A stretch of DNA of 64,000 nt from NCBI RefSeq assembly GCF_003334405.1, contig NZ_QOWM01000004.1, one strand, 5' to 3'. Both the position numbers and the translations under genes were made by a program. Shown one piece after another: positions 45,812-61,116 of the stretch (position 1 is its first letter; every line of letters begins with the position of its first letter). Source of the stretch: Escherichia coli (GTDB lineage: Bacteria > Pseudomonadota > Gammaproteobacteria > Enterobacterales > Enterobacteriaceae). The notes below the pieces were generated by a model. It saw only the letters and a program-made list of their open reading frames with translations, was not told the origin of the DNA and did no database searches.

Positions 45812-47212
45812 TTAGAAGCTGGCGTTACGCGGAGTACGTGGGAACGGAATCACATCACGTACGTTTTGCACGCCAGTTACGTAAGCAATCAGACGTTCAA
45901 AACCAAGACCGAAACCTGAATGCGGAACAGTACCGTAGCGACGCAGATCGCGATACCACCAGTAATCTTCTTTATTCAGGCCCATTTCCAGCATACGCTC
46001 GTCCAGCACGTCCAGACGTTCTTCACGCTGGGAGCCACCAATGATCTCACCGATGCCCGGAGCCAGAACGTCCATAGCCGCAACGGTTTTACCGTCTTCG
46101 TTAAGGCGCATATAGAACGCTTTAATATCTTTCGGATAGTTTTTAACCACTACCGGTGCTTTAAAGTGTTCTTCCGCCAGATAACGCTCATGCTCAGAAG
46201 AGAGATCGACTCCCCAGTAAACCGGGTTTTCAAACTTCCTGCCGCAGTTTTCGAGAATGGTCACTGCGTCGGTATAATCCACCTGCGCAAAATCGGCTTC
46301 AATGAAGCGTTCCAGACGTGAAACGGCATCTTTATCTACGCGTTCAGCGAAGAATTTCATGTCGTCAGCGCGTTCTTCGAGAACCGCTTTGAAGACATAT
46401 TTCAGCATGGCTTCAGCCAGACCCGCAATATCGTTCAGGTTAGCAAACGCCACTTCCGGCTCCAGCATCCAGAATTCCGCCAGGTGACGGCTGGTGTTGG
46501 AGTTTTCAGCACGGAAAGTCGGGCCGAAGGTATAAATTTTGGACAATGCGCAAGCGTAGGTTTCGCCGTTCAACTGGCCAGATACGGTCAGGAAAGACTC
46601 TTTACCAAAGAAGTCTTTGTCGAAATCCACTTTGCCCTGATCGTTACGCGGCAGGTTTTCCAGATCCAGCGTAGAAACGCGGAACATTTCGCCTGCACCT
46701 TCGGTATCAGATGCGGTAATCAGTGGCGTTGAAACCCAGAAGAATCCCTGCTCGTTAAAGAAGCGATGCAGCGCCTGCGCCAGCGTATGGCGAACGCGCG
46801 CGACGGCACCAATCAGGTTTGTGCGCGGACGCAGGTGAGCGACTTCACGCAGATACTCAATGCTGTGGCGTTTTGCCGCCATCGGGTAAGTGTCTGGATC
46901 TTCAACCCAACCAGCAACTTCAACCTTGCTGGCCTGAATTTCAAATTGTTGCCCCTGGCCCGGCGACGCCACGACTTTACCCGTCACAATGACCGAGCAG
47001 CCGGTGGTCAGACGCAGGACGTCTTCATTGTAATTGGGCAGAGAATTATTGATGACAGCCTGTACAGGATCAAAGCAGGAACCGTCATAAACGGCGAGGA
47101 AGGAGATGCCAGCTTTTGAATCTCGGCGGGTACGTACCCATCCGCGCACGGTGACTTCGCTGTCAACGGCTACACGGCCCTGGAGTACGTCGGCTACAGG
47201 CACAACGCTCAT
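45812..47212 (-). CDS. asnS: asparagine--tRNA ligase
   Basis: ATG (cat on plus 47210..47212) gives 466 aa [45 protein letters not shown]...; track ORF from 47257 adds 15 codons. Confidence 0.96.
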
Positions 47213-47347
47213 AATATTCTCTCTGTTAATAGTCGGAAAAAATAAACACTTGTCCACCCGTAAATGGGGGGATACCTATGTTACCTGGCATCTGCAATCA
47301 GACAAGCAGAATTCGCAAATGCAGCGAAAGATTTCGGAATTAAAGGT

Positions 47348-47372
47348 AAAAAAAGGGAGCCGATTAGCTCCC
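47348..47372 (-). terminator. Rho-independent terminator of pncB
   Basis: Plus-strand A7 (47348..47354), then stem gggagc / gctccc with loop cgatta, 9 nt downstream of the pncB stop. Confidence 0.6.
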
Positions 47373-47380
47373 TGATGATA

Positions 47381-48583
47381 TTAACTGGCTTTTTTAATAT
47401 GCGGAAGGTCGAACGCTTTGCGCAGCGCCCGAACAAACGCTTTATCATGGCAGATAGTTTTGCCAGGGCTGTCAGAAAGTTTCGCCACCGGTTTACCGTT
47501 ACACTCTACCAACTTAATGACAATATTCAGGGGTTTTACCTGGGGGATATCGCAGGTCAGGCGAGTCCCAATACCAAAACTTAATTGCACGCGGGAAGAG
47601 AAGTGGCGGTATAGCTCAACCGCTTTGCGTAAATCCAGATTGTCAGAGAAAACCAGCGTTTTACTCTGTGGATCAATTCCCAGCTTTTCATAATGTGCAA
47701 TGGCTTTTTCACCCCATTCAACCGGGTCGCCAGAGTCATGACGCAGGCCCTGATACCGACTAGCGAACTCGACACCGAAATCACGCAGGAAAGCATCCAT
47801 AGTGATGCAGTCGGTTAATGCAATGCCAAGTTGGTCGGGATACTCTTCCAGCCAGGCAGCAAGTGCAGCTCGCTGGCTGTTGGCTAGATCCGGGCTGATT
47901 TGCTGATGTGCCTGGAACCATTCGTGTGCCTGTGTTCCCATCGGCGTGAGGGAAAGCCGACGCGCCAGATCGTAGTTGCTGGTGCCCACAAACCAGGATT
48001 CCTGTTGCAGACGCTTAACGATGGTTTCTTGTACTTCGCGAGAAAAACGGCGACGGGTGCCAAAATCCATCAGATGGAAGCGCGACATATCAAGACCGGC
48101 GGTTAACGCCGAGAAGTCGACTAATTTGCTTTCCAGCGTGTCGAGGGCTTGCGCAACGTCGGCCTGCGGTGAGCGATAGCGATGTACCATTTCACTGATA
48201 ACCGCCAGCAAAGGAACTTCCCAGAGGATGACTTCACGCCACGGGCCGCTTAAACGAATATCCAGCTTGCCATTATCGTTGGACACGGTGACTTGTTCCG
48301 GGTTAAAGCGGAACTCGCGTAACCAGTTAAGATAGTCGGCCTTAAAGAAAGGCAGGGCAGAAAGCCACTGATATTCATCATCCTGCAGGCGCAGGTGCTG
48401 CATCGCCTGAACCTGTTCACGAATAGCATCGGCATAAATACCCAGCAGATCGTCACCTCGGCAACGAAACTCCGCCGCGACATGCACATCGTAATAGTGA
48501 TGAAACACGGCTTGCTGCATATGCAACTTATAAGCATCTGTATCCAGCAACGAGTGCAGAACAGGAGAAGCGAATTGTGTCAT
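47381..48583 (-). CDS. pncB: nicotinate phosphoribosyltransferase
   Basis: ATG (cat on plus 48581..48583) gives 400 aa [45 protein letters not shown]...; track ORF from 48631 would start inside the NadR operator. Confidence 0.95.
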   Translation of the reverse strand: MTQFASPVLHSLLDTDAYKLHMQQAVFHHYYDVHVAAEFRCRGDDLLGIYADAIREQVQAMQHLRLQDDEYQWLSALPFFKADYLNWLREFRFNPEQVTVSNDNGKLDIRLSGPWREVILWEVPLLAVISEMVHRYRSPQADVAQALDTLESKLVDFSALTAGLDMSRFHLMDFGTRRRFSREVQETIVKRLQQESWFVGTSNYDLARRLSLTPMGTQAHEWFQAHQQISPDLANSQRAALAAWLEEYPDQLGIALTDCITMDAFLRDFGVEFASRYQGLRHDSGDPVEWGEKAIAHYEKLGIDPQSKTLVFSDNLDLRKAVELYRHFSSRVQLSFGIGTRLTCDIPQVKPLNIVIKLVECNGKPVAKLSDSPGKTICHDKAFVRALRKAFDLPHIKKAS

Positions 48584-48612
48584 AGGTGCGCAGTAGCGTC
48601 CTCGTACAGGAG

Positions 48613-48630
48613 CGTTTAGTACAATAAACA
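48613..48630. promoter_or_regulatory. NadR-type operator upstream of pncB
   Basis: cGTTTAgtacaaTAAACA palindrome resembling the NadR box TGTTTA-N6-TAAACA, 30-47 bp upstream of the pncB start. Confidence 0.45.
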
Positions 48631-48848
48631 TCTTCAGGAACTGCTGGAGTATACCTTGTTTCGCAATTTATTGAACCCCGATCACACCATATGCCACCTT
48701 TCTGGTCGATGGCATTACGCGGTGTATGTTATAAAAATGTAGCAATAAAGGCGTTTGTACCTGAAAAGATGAAGATTCTGCATAGCGCGATTTACGCAAC
48801 AGGAATAGACTGAACACCAGACTCTATAAAAGATGCTAAAGGTTATTT

Positions 48849-51461
48849 ATGACTCAACAGCCACAAGCCAAATACCGTCACGATTATCGTGCGCCGGATT
48901 ACCAGATTACTGATATTGACTTGACCTTTGACCTCGACGCGCAAAAGACGGTCGTTACCGCGGTCAGCCAGGCTGTCCGTCATGGTGCATCAGATGCTCC
49001 CCTTCGTCTCAACGGCGAAGACCTCAAACTGGTTTCTGTTCATATTAATGATGAGCCGTGGACCGCCTGGAAAGAAGAAGAGGGCGCACTGGTTATCAGT
49101 AATTTGCCGGAGCGTTTTACGCTTAAGATCATTAATGAAATAAGCCCGGCGGCGAATACCGCGCTGGAAGGGCTTTATCAGTCAGGCGATGCGCTTTGCA
49201 CCCAGTGTGAAGCCGAAGGTTTCCGCCATATTACGTATTATCTCGACCGCCCGGACGTGCTGGCGCGTTTTACCACCAAAATTATTGCCGATAAAATCAA
49301 ATATCCCTTCCTGCTTTCCAATGGTAACCGCGTTGCGCAAGGCGAACTGGAAAACGGACGCCATTGGGTACAGTGGCAGGACCCGTTCCCGAAACCGTGC
49401 TACCTGTTTGCGCTGGTGGCAGGCGACTTTGATGTACTGCGCGATACCTTTACCACGCGTTCTGGTCGCGAAGTAGCACTGGAGCTGTACGTCGATCGCG
49501 GCAACCTTGATCGCGCGCCGTGGGCGATGACCTCGCTGAAAAACTCCATGAAATGGGATGAAGAACGCTTTGGCCTGGAGTATGACCTCGACATCTATAT
49601 GATCGTCGCGGTGGATTTCTTCAATATGGGCGCAATGGAGAATAAGGGGCTGAATATCTTTAACTCCAAATATGTGCTGGCCCGCACCGACACCGCCACC
49701 GACAAAGATTACCTCGATATTGAACGCGTTATCGGCCATGAATATTTCCATAACTGGACCGGTAACCGAGTGACCTGTCGCGACTGGTTCCAGCTCAGCC
49801 TGAAAGAAGGTTTAACCGTCTTCCGCGATCAGGAGTTCAGCTCTGACCTTGGTTCCCGCGCAGTTAACCGCATCAATAATGTACGCACCATGCGCGGATT
49901 GCAGTTTGCAGAAGACGCCAGCCCGATGGCGCACCCGATCCGCCCGGATATGGTCATTGAGATGAACAACTTCTACACCCTGACCGTTTACGAGAAGGGC
50001 GCGGAAGTGATTCGCATGATCCACACCCTGCTTGGCGAAGAAAACTTCCAGAAAGGGATGCAGCTTTATTTCGAGCGTCATGATGGTAGTGCAGCGACCT
50101 GTGACGACTTTGTGCAGGCGATGGAAGATGCGTCGAATGTCGATCTCTCCCATTTCCGCCGTTGGTACAGCCAGTCCGGTACACCGATTGTGACCGTCAA
50201 AGACGACTACAATCCGGAAACCGAGCAGTACACCCTGACCATCAGCCAGCGCACGCCAGCCACGCCGGATCAGGCAGAAAAACAGCCGCTGCATATTCCG
50301 TTTGCCATCGAACTGTATGATAACGAAGGCAAAGTGATCCCGTTGCAGAAAGGCGGTCATCCGGTGAATTCCGTGCTGAACGTCACTCAGGCGGAACAGA
50401 CCTTTGTCTTTGATAATGTCTACTTCCAGCCGGTGCCTGCGCTGCTGTGCGAATTCTCTGCGCCAGTGAAACTGGAATATAAGTGGAGCGATCAGCAACT
50501 GACCTTCCTGATGCGTCATGCGCGTAATGATTTCTCCCGCTGGGATGCGGCGCAAAGTTTGCTGGCAACCTACATCAAGCTGAACGTCGCGCGTCATCAG
50601 CAAGGTCAGCCGCTGTCTCTGCCGGTGCATGTGGCTGATGCTTTCCGCGCGGTACTGCTTGATGAGAAGATTGATCCAGCGCTGGCGGCAGAAATCCTGA
50701 CGCTGCCTTCTGTCAATGAAATGGCTGAATTGTTCGATATCATCGACCCGATTGCTATTGCCGAAGTACGCGAAGCACTCACTCGTACTCTGGCGACTGA
50801 ACTGGCGGATGAGCTACTGGCTATTTACAACGCGAATTACCAGAGCGAGTACCGTGTTGAGCATGAAGATATTGCAAAACGCACTCTGCGTAATGCCTGC
50901 CTGCGTTTCCTCGCTTTTGGTGAAACGCATCTGGCTGATGTGCTGGTGAGCAAGCAGTTCCACGAAGCAAACAATATGACTGATGCGCTGGCGGCGCTTT
51001 CTGCGGCGGTTGCCGCACAGCTGCCTTGCCGTGACGCGCTGATGCAGGAGTACGACGACAAGTGGCATCAGAACGGTCTGGTGATGGATAAATGGTTTAT
51101 CCTGCAAGCCACCAGCCCGGCGGCGAATGTGCTGGAGACGGTGCGCGGCCTGTTGCAGCATCGCTCATTTACCATGAGCAACCCGAACCGTATTCGTTCG
51201 TTGATTGGCGCGTTTGCGGGCAGCAATCCGGCAGCGTTCCATGCCGAAGATGGCAGCGGTTACCTGTTCCTGGTGGAAATGCTTACCGACCTCAACAGCC
51301 GTAACCCGCAGGTGGCTTCACGTCTGATTGAACCGCTGATTCGCCTGAAACGTTACGATGCCAAACGTCAGGAGAAAATGCGCGCGGCGCTGGAACAGTT
51401 GAAAGGGCTGGAAAATCTCTCTGGCGATCTGTACGAGAAGATAACTAAAGCACTGGCTTGA
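48849..51461 (+). CDS. pepN: aminopeptidase N
   Basis: ORF 870 aa, MTQQPQAKYRHDYRAPDYQITDIDLTFDLDAQKTVVTAVSQ...; zinc motif HEYFHNWTGNRVTCRDWFQLSLKEG. Confidence 0.98.
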   Translation: MTQQPQAKYRHDYRAPDYQITDIDLTFDLDAQKTVVTAVSQAVRHGASDAPLRLNGEDLKLVSVHINDEPWTAWKEEEGALVISNLPERFTLKIINEISPAANTALEGLYQSGDALCTQCEAEGFRHITYYLDRPDVLARFTTKIIADKIKYPFLLSNGNRVAQGELENGRHWVQWQDPFPKPCYLFALVAGDFDVLRDTFTTRSGREVALELYVDRGNLDRAPWAMTSLKNSMKWDEERFGLEYDLDIYMIVAVDFFNMGAMENKGLNIFNSKYVLARTDTATDKDYLDIERVIGHEYFHNWTGNRVTCRDWFQLSLKEGLTVFRDQEFSSDLGSRAVNRINNVRTMRGLQFAEDASPMAHPIRPDMVIEMNNFYTLTVYEKGAEVIRMIHTLLGEENFQKGMQLYFERHDGSAATCDDFVQAMEDASNVDLSHFRRWYSQSGTPIVTVKDDYNPETEQYTLTISQRTPATPDQAEKQPLHIPFAIELYDNEGKVIPLQKGGHPVNSVLNVTQAEQTFVFDNVYFQPVPALLCEFSAPVKLEYKWSDQQLTFLMRHARNDFSRWDAAQSLLATYIKLNVARHQQGQPLSLPVHVADAFRAVLLDEKIDPALAAEILTLPSVNEMAELFDIIDPIAIAEVREALTRTLATELADELLAIYNANYQSEYRVEHEDIAKRTLRNACLRFLAFGETHLADVLVSKQFHEANNMTDALAALSAAVAAQLPCRDALMQEYDDKWHQNGLVMDKWFILQATSPAANVLETVRGLLQHRSFTMSNPNRIRSLIGAFAGSNPAAFHAEDGSGYLFLVEMLTDLNSRNPQVASRLIEPLIRLKRYDAKRQEKMRAALEQLKGLENLSGDLYEKITKALA

Positions 51462-51468
51462 TAAATAA

Positions 51469-51498
51469 CCGAATGGCGGCAATAGCGCCGCCATTCGG
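51469..51498. terminator. 12-bp hairpin between the convergent pepN and ssuB genes (shared terminator)
   Basis: Perfect stem ccgaatggcggc / gccgccattcgg with spacer aatagc, 8 nt after the pepN stop and 6 nt before the ssuB stop. Confidence 0.55.
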
Positions 51499-51503
51499 GG
51501 AAT

Positions 51504-52272
51504 TTACCCCTGTTTTCTCAGGCGAGTTTCAGATTCACCACGTTGCATCACCCGTTGCAACACCTCCGCTTCCAGCTCCGCTAATCGCACCGACCCTAAT
51601 CGACGCGGACGGGGGATATCCACTGTCAAATCCAGACCAATTTTTCCCTCTTCAATTAACAGCACCCGGTCAGCCATCGCTACCGCTTCGCTCACATCAT
51701 GCGTCACCAACAGTACGGTAAAGCCGTGCTCCTGCCAAAGTGACACAATCAAATCCTGCATCTCGAGTCGCGTTAAGGCGTCCAGCGCCCCGAGCGGTTC
51801 ATCAAGCAACAATAATCCCGGTCGATGAATCAACGCTCTTGCCAGCGCCACTCGCTGTTTCTGCCCGCCAGAAAGTGCGGCAGGCCATTCCCCTGCGCGA
51901 TTCTCCAGTCCTACCGCAGCCAACGCTCGACGTGCGGCATCGCGCCACTGGCCTTTAAGGCCTAACCCAACGTTATCAATCACCGATTTCCACGGTAGCA
52001 GACGCGCATCCTGAAACATCATTCGCGTGTCTTCCTGAATTTCAGCCAGCGGTGTGGTGCCCGCTAACACATCGCCTGCGGTTGGCGTTTCCAGACCTGC
52101 CAGCAGGCGCAGCAGGGTACTTTTGCCACCACCGCTGCGGCCCACCACCGCCACAAACTGACCTGCCGGAATATGTAAATCCAGTTGGTTCAGGACGATA
52201 TTTTTCCGCGTAATGTTTGCTTACTGCATTGAGCAACAATGGCGTGCCCTGGTTCAGACGAGCAGTATTCAT
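51504..52272 (-). pseudogene. ssuB: aliphatic sulfonate ABC transporter ATPase SsuB, disrupted by a +1 frameshift in a T5 run (52201..52205, plus strand)
   Basis: ATG at 52270..52272 reads [23 protein letters not shown] for 23 codons, then goes out of frame (ORF 52042..52272, 76 aa); the Walker A and rest of the ABC ATPase ([15 protein letters not shown]...LSGGQKQR...) lie in another frame (51504..52154); removing one T restores a 255-codon ORF. Confidence 0.8.
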
Positions 52273-53060
52273 ACCGTGGCCTCCTTCAAATGATAAGCCG
52301 GGTTCCAGCGCAACCAGAGGCGCTCTAACAGCTGCGCGCTGACGTCAGCCAGTTTGCCGAGCAGGGCGTAAAGAATAATAGCGACTACCACCACGTCCGT
52401 TTGCAAAAACTCCCGCGCATTCATCGCCAGATAACCAATGCCTGAATTGGCAGAAATGGTTTCGGCAACAATCAGCGTCAGCCACATCAGGCCCAACGCA
52501 AAACGCACGCCGACCATAATTGAGGGCAGGGCACCAGGCAGGATCACATGGATAAACAGCGGTATGCCGGATAATCCATAGCTACGCGCCATCTCCACCA
52601 ACCCGCGATCGATATTACGGATGCCATGCCAGGTGTTGATATAAATGGGGAATAGCGTACCGAGCGCCACCAGAAAGATTTTTGCGGATTCATCAATGCC
52701 AAACCACAAAATCACCAGCGGGATCAGCGCCAGATGCGGCACGTTGCGCAACATCTGAATTGAGGTATCCAGCAGCCGTTCTCCCCAGCGAGATAGCCCG
52801 CTAATCAGTCCCAAAATCAACCCCAGCGATCCGCCAATTGAAAAGCCAATCAGCGCCCGCCAGGAGCTGATCGCCAGATGCTGCCACAGTTCGCCGCTGG
52901 CGGAGAGCGTCCAGAACGCCGTCACCACTCCTTCCGGTGAAGGCAAAATACGCGTCGACAGCCAGCCAACCGAGGAGGCCAGTTGCCACACCGCCACGAT
53001 GCCCACCGGTAAAAACCAGGGGGCAACGCGCAATAACCACTTCTTCACTGGCGTTGCCAT
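52269..53060 (-). CDS. ssuC: aliphatic sulfonate ABC transporter permease SsuC
   Basis: ATG (cat at 53058..53060) gives 263 aa [34 protein letters not shown]...; 3' end overlaps the ssuB start by 4 nt. Confidence 0.93.
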
Positions 53061-53070
53061 TATTTCTTCC

Positions 53071-54216
53071 TTAGCTTTGCGCGACTTTACGGGGGATAAA
53101 ATCATTCGCCACCGCTTCGCCTTGCGGATTCAGCGGCTGCGGCTGGGGAATTTCCGGGATGGCGACATCCAGAAGCGGGAACAGCAACTCGCCAACCCGA
53201 TACGCTTCTTCCAGATGCGGATAGCCCGAAAGCACAAAACTGTCGATGCCAAGCGCGGCATATTCGTTGATTCGCGCAGCGACCGTAGGACCATCGCCCA
53301 CCAGCGCCGTCCCGGCACCGCCGCGCACTAAGCCAACGCCCGCCCATAAATTGGGGCTGATCTCCAGATTGTCGCGCTTGCCGTTATGTAACGCCGCCAT
53401 TCGCTGTTGCCCTACGGAATCCGTCCGGGCGAATGCGGCCTGTGCTTTGGCGATAGTTTCATCATCAAGATGCGAGATTAACCGCTCGGCGGCCTGCCAC
53501 GCTTCGTCGTTAGTTTCACGAACAATCACATGCAGACGAATACCGAAACGAATTTTGCGTCCATGCGCGGCAGCTTTCGCCCGCACTTGTTCGATTTTCT
53601 CTTTAACCAGTTCCGGCGGTTCGCCCCAGGTGAGGTAGAGATCAACCTGTTCTGCCGCCAGCTCCTGGGCGACATCTGACGATCCGCCAAAGTAAAGTGG
53701 CGGATACGGCTGTTGAATCGCCGGGAAGAGCAGTTTTGCTCCGCGCACATGAATATGTTTACCGTTGAAATCGACGGTTTCTCTCTGCAATAAACGCCGC
53801 CAGACCTGGGTAAATTCCGCCGAGGCTTCGTAGCGCTCGCTATGATCAAGGAACACTCCGTCGCCTGCCAGCTCTTGTGGATCGCTGCCTGTGACCAGGT
53901 TAAACAACGCACGTCCATTTGAGAGACGGTCAAGCGTGGCGGCCTGGCGGGCGGCAACGGTAGGTGAGGTTACGCTGGGACGCAGGGCGACAAGAAACTT
54001 CAGCCGCTGCGTCACCGGGATCATCGATGCGGCAACCAGCCACGCATCTTCGCAGGAGCGCCCCGTTGGAATTAGCACACCGGTATAGCCAAGACGATCC
54101 GCCGCTTGCGCAATTTGTTGCAGATAACCGTGATCAACCGGGCGTGAACCTTCTTCCGTTCCCAGATAATGCCCGTCACCGTGGGTCGGTAAAAACCAGA
54201 ACATATTCAGACTCAT
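53071..54216 (-). CDS. ssuD: FMNH2-dependent alkanesulfonate monooxygenase SsuD
   Basis: ORF 381 aa, [59 protein letters not shown]... Confidence 0.96.
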
Positions 54217-55172
54217 AATTGTTTTCCTTCCAGTTGAGTGGGCTGCCAGATGCGCTGGCGAATATCGACTTTTTTCGGCACCAGACGATTTTCATAAAAC
54301 AGATCTGCCGTTTGCTGCTGTAAGGCGGCAACCTCGGCGTTAACCGGTTTGATGGTGGTAGGAGGGCGATGATCTAAGTAAGAGGCAATCACCGGTGCCG
54401 GTAAGCCCATCGTTTTTGCCAGTAAAGCGATGCTTTGCTCGCGCTGGCTGCGGGTTAACGCATCGGCCTCACTAAAGGTTGCCAGTACGCCCTGAATAAA
54501 AGCGCCGTTTTTTTCTGCATAGGGACGAGCTGCCAGATAAAACGATCCAGTTTGATTGAGATCGGTGCCGTCTTTCAGCACCCGCACGCCGCCCTGTAAT
54601 AATGCAGCAGAGTAGTAGGGATCCCAGATAGCCCAGGCGTCAACGTTACCTTGCTGGAACGCGGCGCGGGCATCAGCGGGCGTCAGGTAAGTGGGTTGGA
54701 TATCGGTAAACTTAAGTCCGGCCTGACGCAGTGCACGCAGTAAAAGGTTGTGTGAACTGGAACCTTTCTGAAAGGCAACTTTGTGACCTTTAAGATCGGC
54801 TACGGTTTTGATCGGGCTGTTTTCTGCCACCAGAATCACTTCGGCTTTGGGCTTCGGTGGCTCGACGCCCACGTACACCAAATCAGCCCCGGCAGCCTGG
54901 GCAAAGATTGGCGGAATATCCCCGGTACTGCCGAGATCAATACTGCCAACGTTTAACGCTTCCAACATTTGCGGACCCGCGGGGAACTCCACCCAGGAGA
55001 TTTTTGATTCCGGATAGCGTTTTTCCAGTAACTGGTGGCTTTTTGCCAGCACCATACCAATACTGCCTTTCTGATAGCCTATACGTAACGCTTCAGGCGA
55101 GGATTCTGCAGCAACCGCAAAAGTAGAGACGCTAAGCAATCCCGCCAGCGCCAGTTTAATGATGTTACGCAT
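54213..55172 (-). CDS. ssuA: aliphatic sulfonate ABC transporter periplasmic binding protein SsuA
   Basis: ATG (cat at 55170..55172) gives 319 aa [36 protein letters not shown]...; overlaps ssuD and ssuE ends. Confidence 0.93.
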
Positions 55173-55740
55173 GGGCATTACCTCGCAGAGACAGAAGGTC
55201 AGGAACCTGAACATCGCGGCGGTGCAATGCCTGCCAGAAAGTTTCTAGCGCGGTATCAAGACGGGTTTGCAGATTTGGCGTGAACTGGGGTCTGTGATGG
55301 TAATCAATTACTTGTGAGTCATCGGCAAACACGCCGTGCAGGATCTCCTGAGCTTTCAGTGCGCTTAAAACTGGTTTAAGGGCATAATCGACCGCCAGCA
55401 GATGGGCCACGGTACCGCCCGTCGCCAGCGGTAGCACCACTTTGCCTTGCAAAGCGCGTTCTGGCAGCAGGTCGAGCAGGGTTTTCAACGCACCGGAATA
55501 GGCGGCTTTATACACAGGCGTGGCGACAATCAGCCCATCGGCCTGTTGCAGCTGTTCGGTGAAGGTCTTGAGTGCCGGACTATCGAAACGAGCATAAAGT
55601 AGATCTTCCGGGGCGAAGTTTTGCAGATTCCAGTGATAAACCTCTACATCCAGGCCATTTAGTTTTTCCCGCGCATATTCCAGCAAGGAGCTGGAGCGAG
55701 AAGGAAAGCGAGGACTACCCGCCAGGGTGATGACACGCAT
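55165..55740 (-). CDS. ssuE: NADPH-dependent FMN reductase SsuE
   Basis: ORF 191 aa, MRVITLAGSPRFPSRSSSLLEYAREKLNGLDVEVYHWNLQNFAPEDLLYARF... Confidence 0.95.
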   Translation of the reverse strand: MRVITLAGSPRFPSRSSSLLEYAREKLNGLDVEVYHWNLQNFAPEDLLYARFDSPALKTFTEQLQQADGLIVATPVYKAAYSGALKTLLDLLPERALQGKVVLPLATGGTVAHLLAVDYALKPVLSALKAQEILHGVFADDSQVIDYHHRPQFTPNLQTRLDTALETFWQALHRRDVQVPDLLSLRGNAHA

Positions 55741-56095
55741 ACTCTCTCCTTATAACCAATTGTTCTTTTTTTGTTAACATTGATAACAATTCGGTCAGTC
55801 TGTCGGAGAGACAAGAAAATTCCAAATATAAATTTTGTGTATCTTTTTCTGAAAATAAACTAAAGAAAGGGCTTTATATATCACGCATATTTATTTATTG
55901 GATAGTCATTAGATGTTGAATCAATGAATTACTCGTTCAGTTAATATTTAAATATTCATGAAATCTATAAATTAAAGATTTGTCACTTATTGGATTTAGT
56001 ATGCTTGATTTAAATGGCGGACAATTATTGTTATTATTAAGTCTAATGTCATTTAAAGGCATTATCATATTTACGAAGAGATCAGGATGATAACG

Positions 56096-56635
56096 ATGAA
56101 AAAAAGTGTATTGACGGCGTTTATAACTGTGGTATGTGCAACGTCCAGCGTTATGGCTGCTGATGATAATGCTATCACGGATGGCTCAGTAACATTTAAT
56201 GGTAAAGTTATTGCTCCAGCTTGTACCCTGGTAGCTGCGACGAAAGATTCCGTGGTGACTTTGCCAGATGTTAGTGCCACGAAGTTGCAAACCAATGGTC
56301 AGGTTTCTGGCGTGCAAATTGATGTGCCAATTGAATTAAAAGATTGTGATACTACCGTAACAAAAAATGCAACGTTCACCTTTAATGGCACTGCGGATAC
56401 TACTCAGATTACAGCGTTTGCTAACCAGGCCTCATCTGATGCTGCTACAAACGTGGCCCTGCAAATGTATATGAATGATGGTACAACGGCCATCACGCCA
56501 GACACAGAAACCGGGAACATTTTGTTGCAGGATGGAGATCAGACGTTGACTTTTAAAGTTGATTATATCGCTACGGGGAAAGCGACTTCAGGTAATGTGA
56601 ATGCGGTAACAAATTTCCATATTAACTATTATTAA
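56096..56635 (+). CDS. elfA: chaperone-usher fimbrial major subunit ElfA (YcbQ)
   Basis: ATG at 56096 gives 179 aa MKKSVLTAFITVVCATSSVMAADD... with signal peptide; first gene of the elf cluster. Confidence 0.9.
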   Translation: MKKSVLTAFITVVCATSSVMAADDNAITDGSVTFNGKVIAPACTLVAATKDSVVTLPDVSATKLQTNGQVSGVQIDVPIELKDCDTTVTKNATFTFNGTADTTQITAFANQASSDAATNVALQMYMNDGTTAITPDTETGNILLQDGDQTLTFKVDYIATGKATSGNVNAVTNFHINYY

Positions 56636-56717
56636 TAGAACTCATTAATTGTTTTATTAATTAGTACCCCTCCAGTGTTCTGGAGGGGATATTCATATTT
56701 TTTAAGAGTGACTATTT

Positions 56718-57419
56718 ATGAAAACTTGCATAACAAAGGGAATTGTGACCGTAAGTTTAACGGCAATATTACTCAGCTGCTCATCCGCATGGGCGGCAGG
56801 TAAAGGCGGGATTGGACTTGCAGCAACACGTCTTGTTTATTCAGAAGGTGAAGAGCAAATTTCACTGGGTGTACGTAACACCAGTCCGGATGTTCCTTAT
56901 CTTATTCAGTCATGGGTGATGACCCCAGATAATAAAAAATCAGCAGACTTTATTATTACACCACCGCTATTTGTGCTGAATCCGGCAAATGAGAATCTGT
57001 TACGCATTATGTACATTGGAGCGCCGTTGGCGAAAGACAGAGAAACCCTTTTCTTCACTAGCGTACGGGCAGTCCCTTCAACAACGAAGCGGAAAGAGGG
57101 AAATACCCTGAAGATTGCCACACAAAGCGTCATCAAACTTTTCTGGCGACCAAAAGGTTTAGCGTATCCCTTAGGCGAGGCTCCGGCGAAACTGCGTTGC
57201 ACTTCGTCAGCTGACATGGTTACGGTCAGTAACCCAACACCTTATTTCATTACCCTGACAGACCTGAAAATAGGTGGAAAAGTAGTTAAAAATCAAATGA
57301 TTTCCCCCTTTGATAAATACCAATTTTCTCTGCCAAAGGGGGCCAAAAATAGCAGCGTAACGTATCGAACCATCAATGACTACGGGGCGGAAACGCCGCA
57401 ACTCAACTGTAAATCGTAA
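56718..57419 (+). CDS. elfD: fimbrial periplasmic chaperone ElfD (YcbR)
   Basis: ORF 233 aa, PapD-like chaperone; MKTCITKGIVTVSLTAILLSCSSAWAAGKGGIGLAATRLVYSEGEEQISLGVRN... Confidence 0.92.
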   Translation: MKTCITKGIVTVSLTAILLSCSSAWAAGKGGIGLAATRLVYSEGEEQISLGVRNTSPDVPYLIQSWVMTPDNKKSADFIITPPLFVLNPANENLLRIMYIGAPLAKDRETLFFTSVRAVPSTTKRKEGNTLKIATQSVIKLFWRPKGLAYPLGEAPAKLRCTSSADMVTVSNPTPYFITLTDLKIGGKVVKNQMISPFDKYQFSLPKGAKNSSVTYRTINDYGAETPQLNCKS

Positions 57420-57443
57420 GCCGTCTTCAGTTAAGAGAGCGAG

Positions 57444-61105
<3,662 letters not shown>

Positions 61106-61116
61106 CGCGTGAACGT

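Noticed and set aside
47264-47584. 106-aa ORF in the asnS-pncB spacer
   Set aside because: Starts in the intergenic region and runs antisense into pncB across the pncB terminator; no coding signature.
51504-52154. 216-aa ORF starting at an internal GTG, callable as a shortened ssuB
   Set aside because: It starts inside the Walker A region (the GTG encodes a Val of ...FVAVVGRSG...) and would lack the N-terminal beta-strands of the ABC ATPase; better read as the downstream part of a frameshifted ssuB. Programmed +1 frameshifting was also considered and rejected: there is no known recoding signal, and the site is a plain T5 run.
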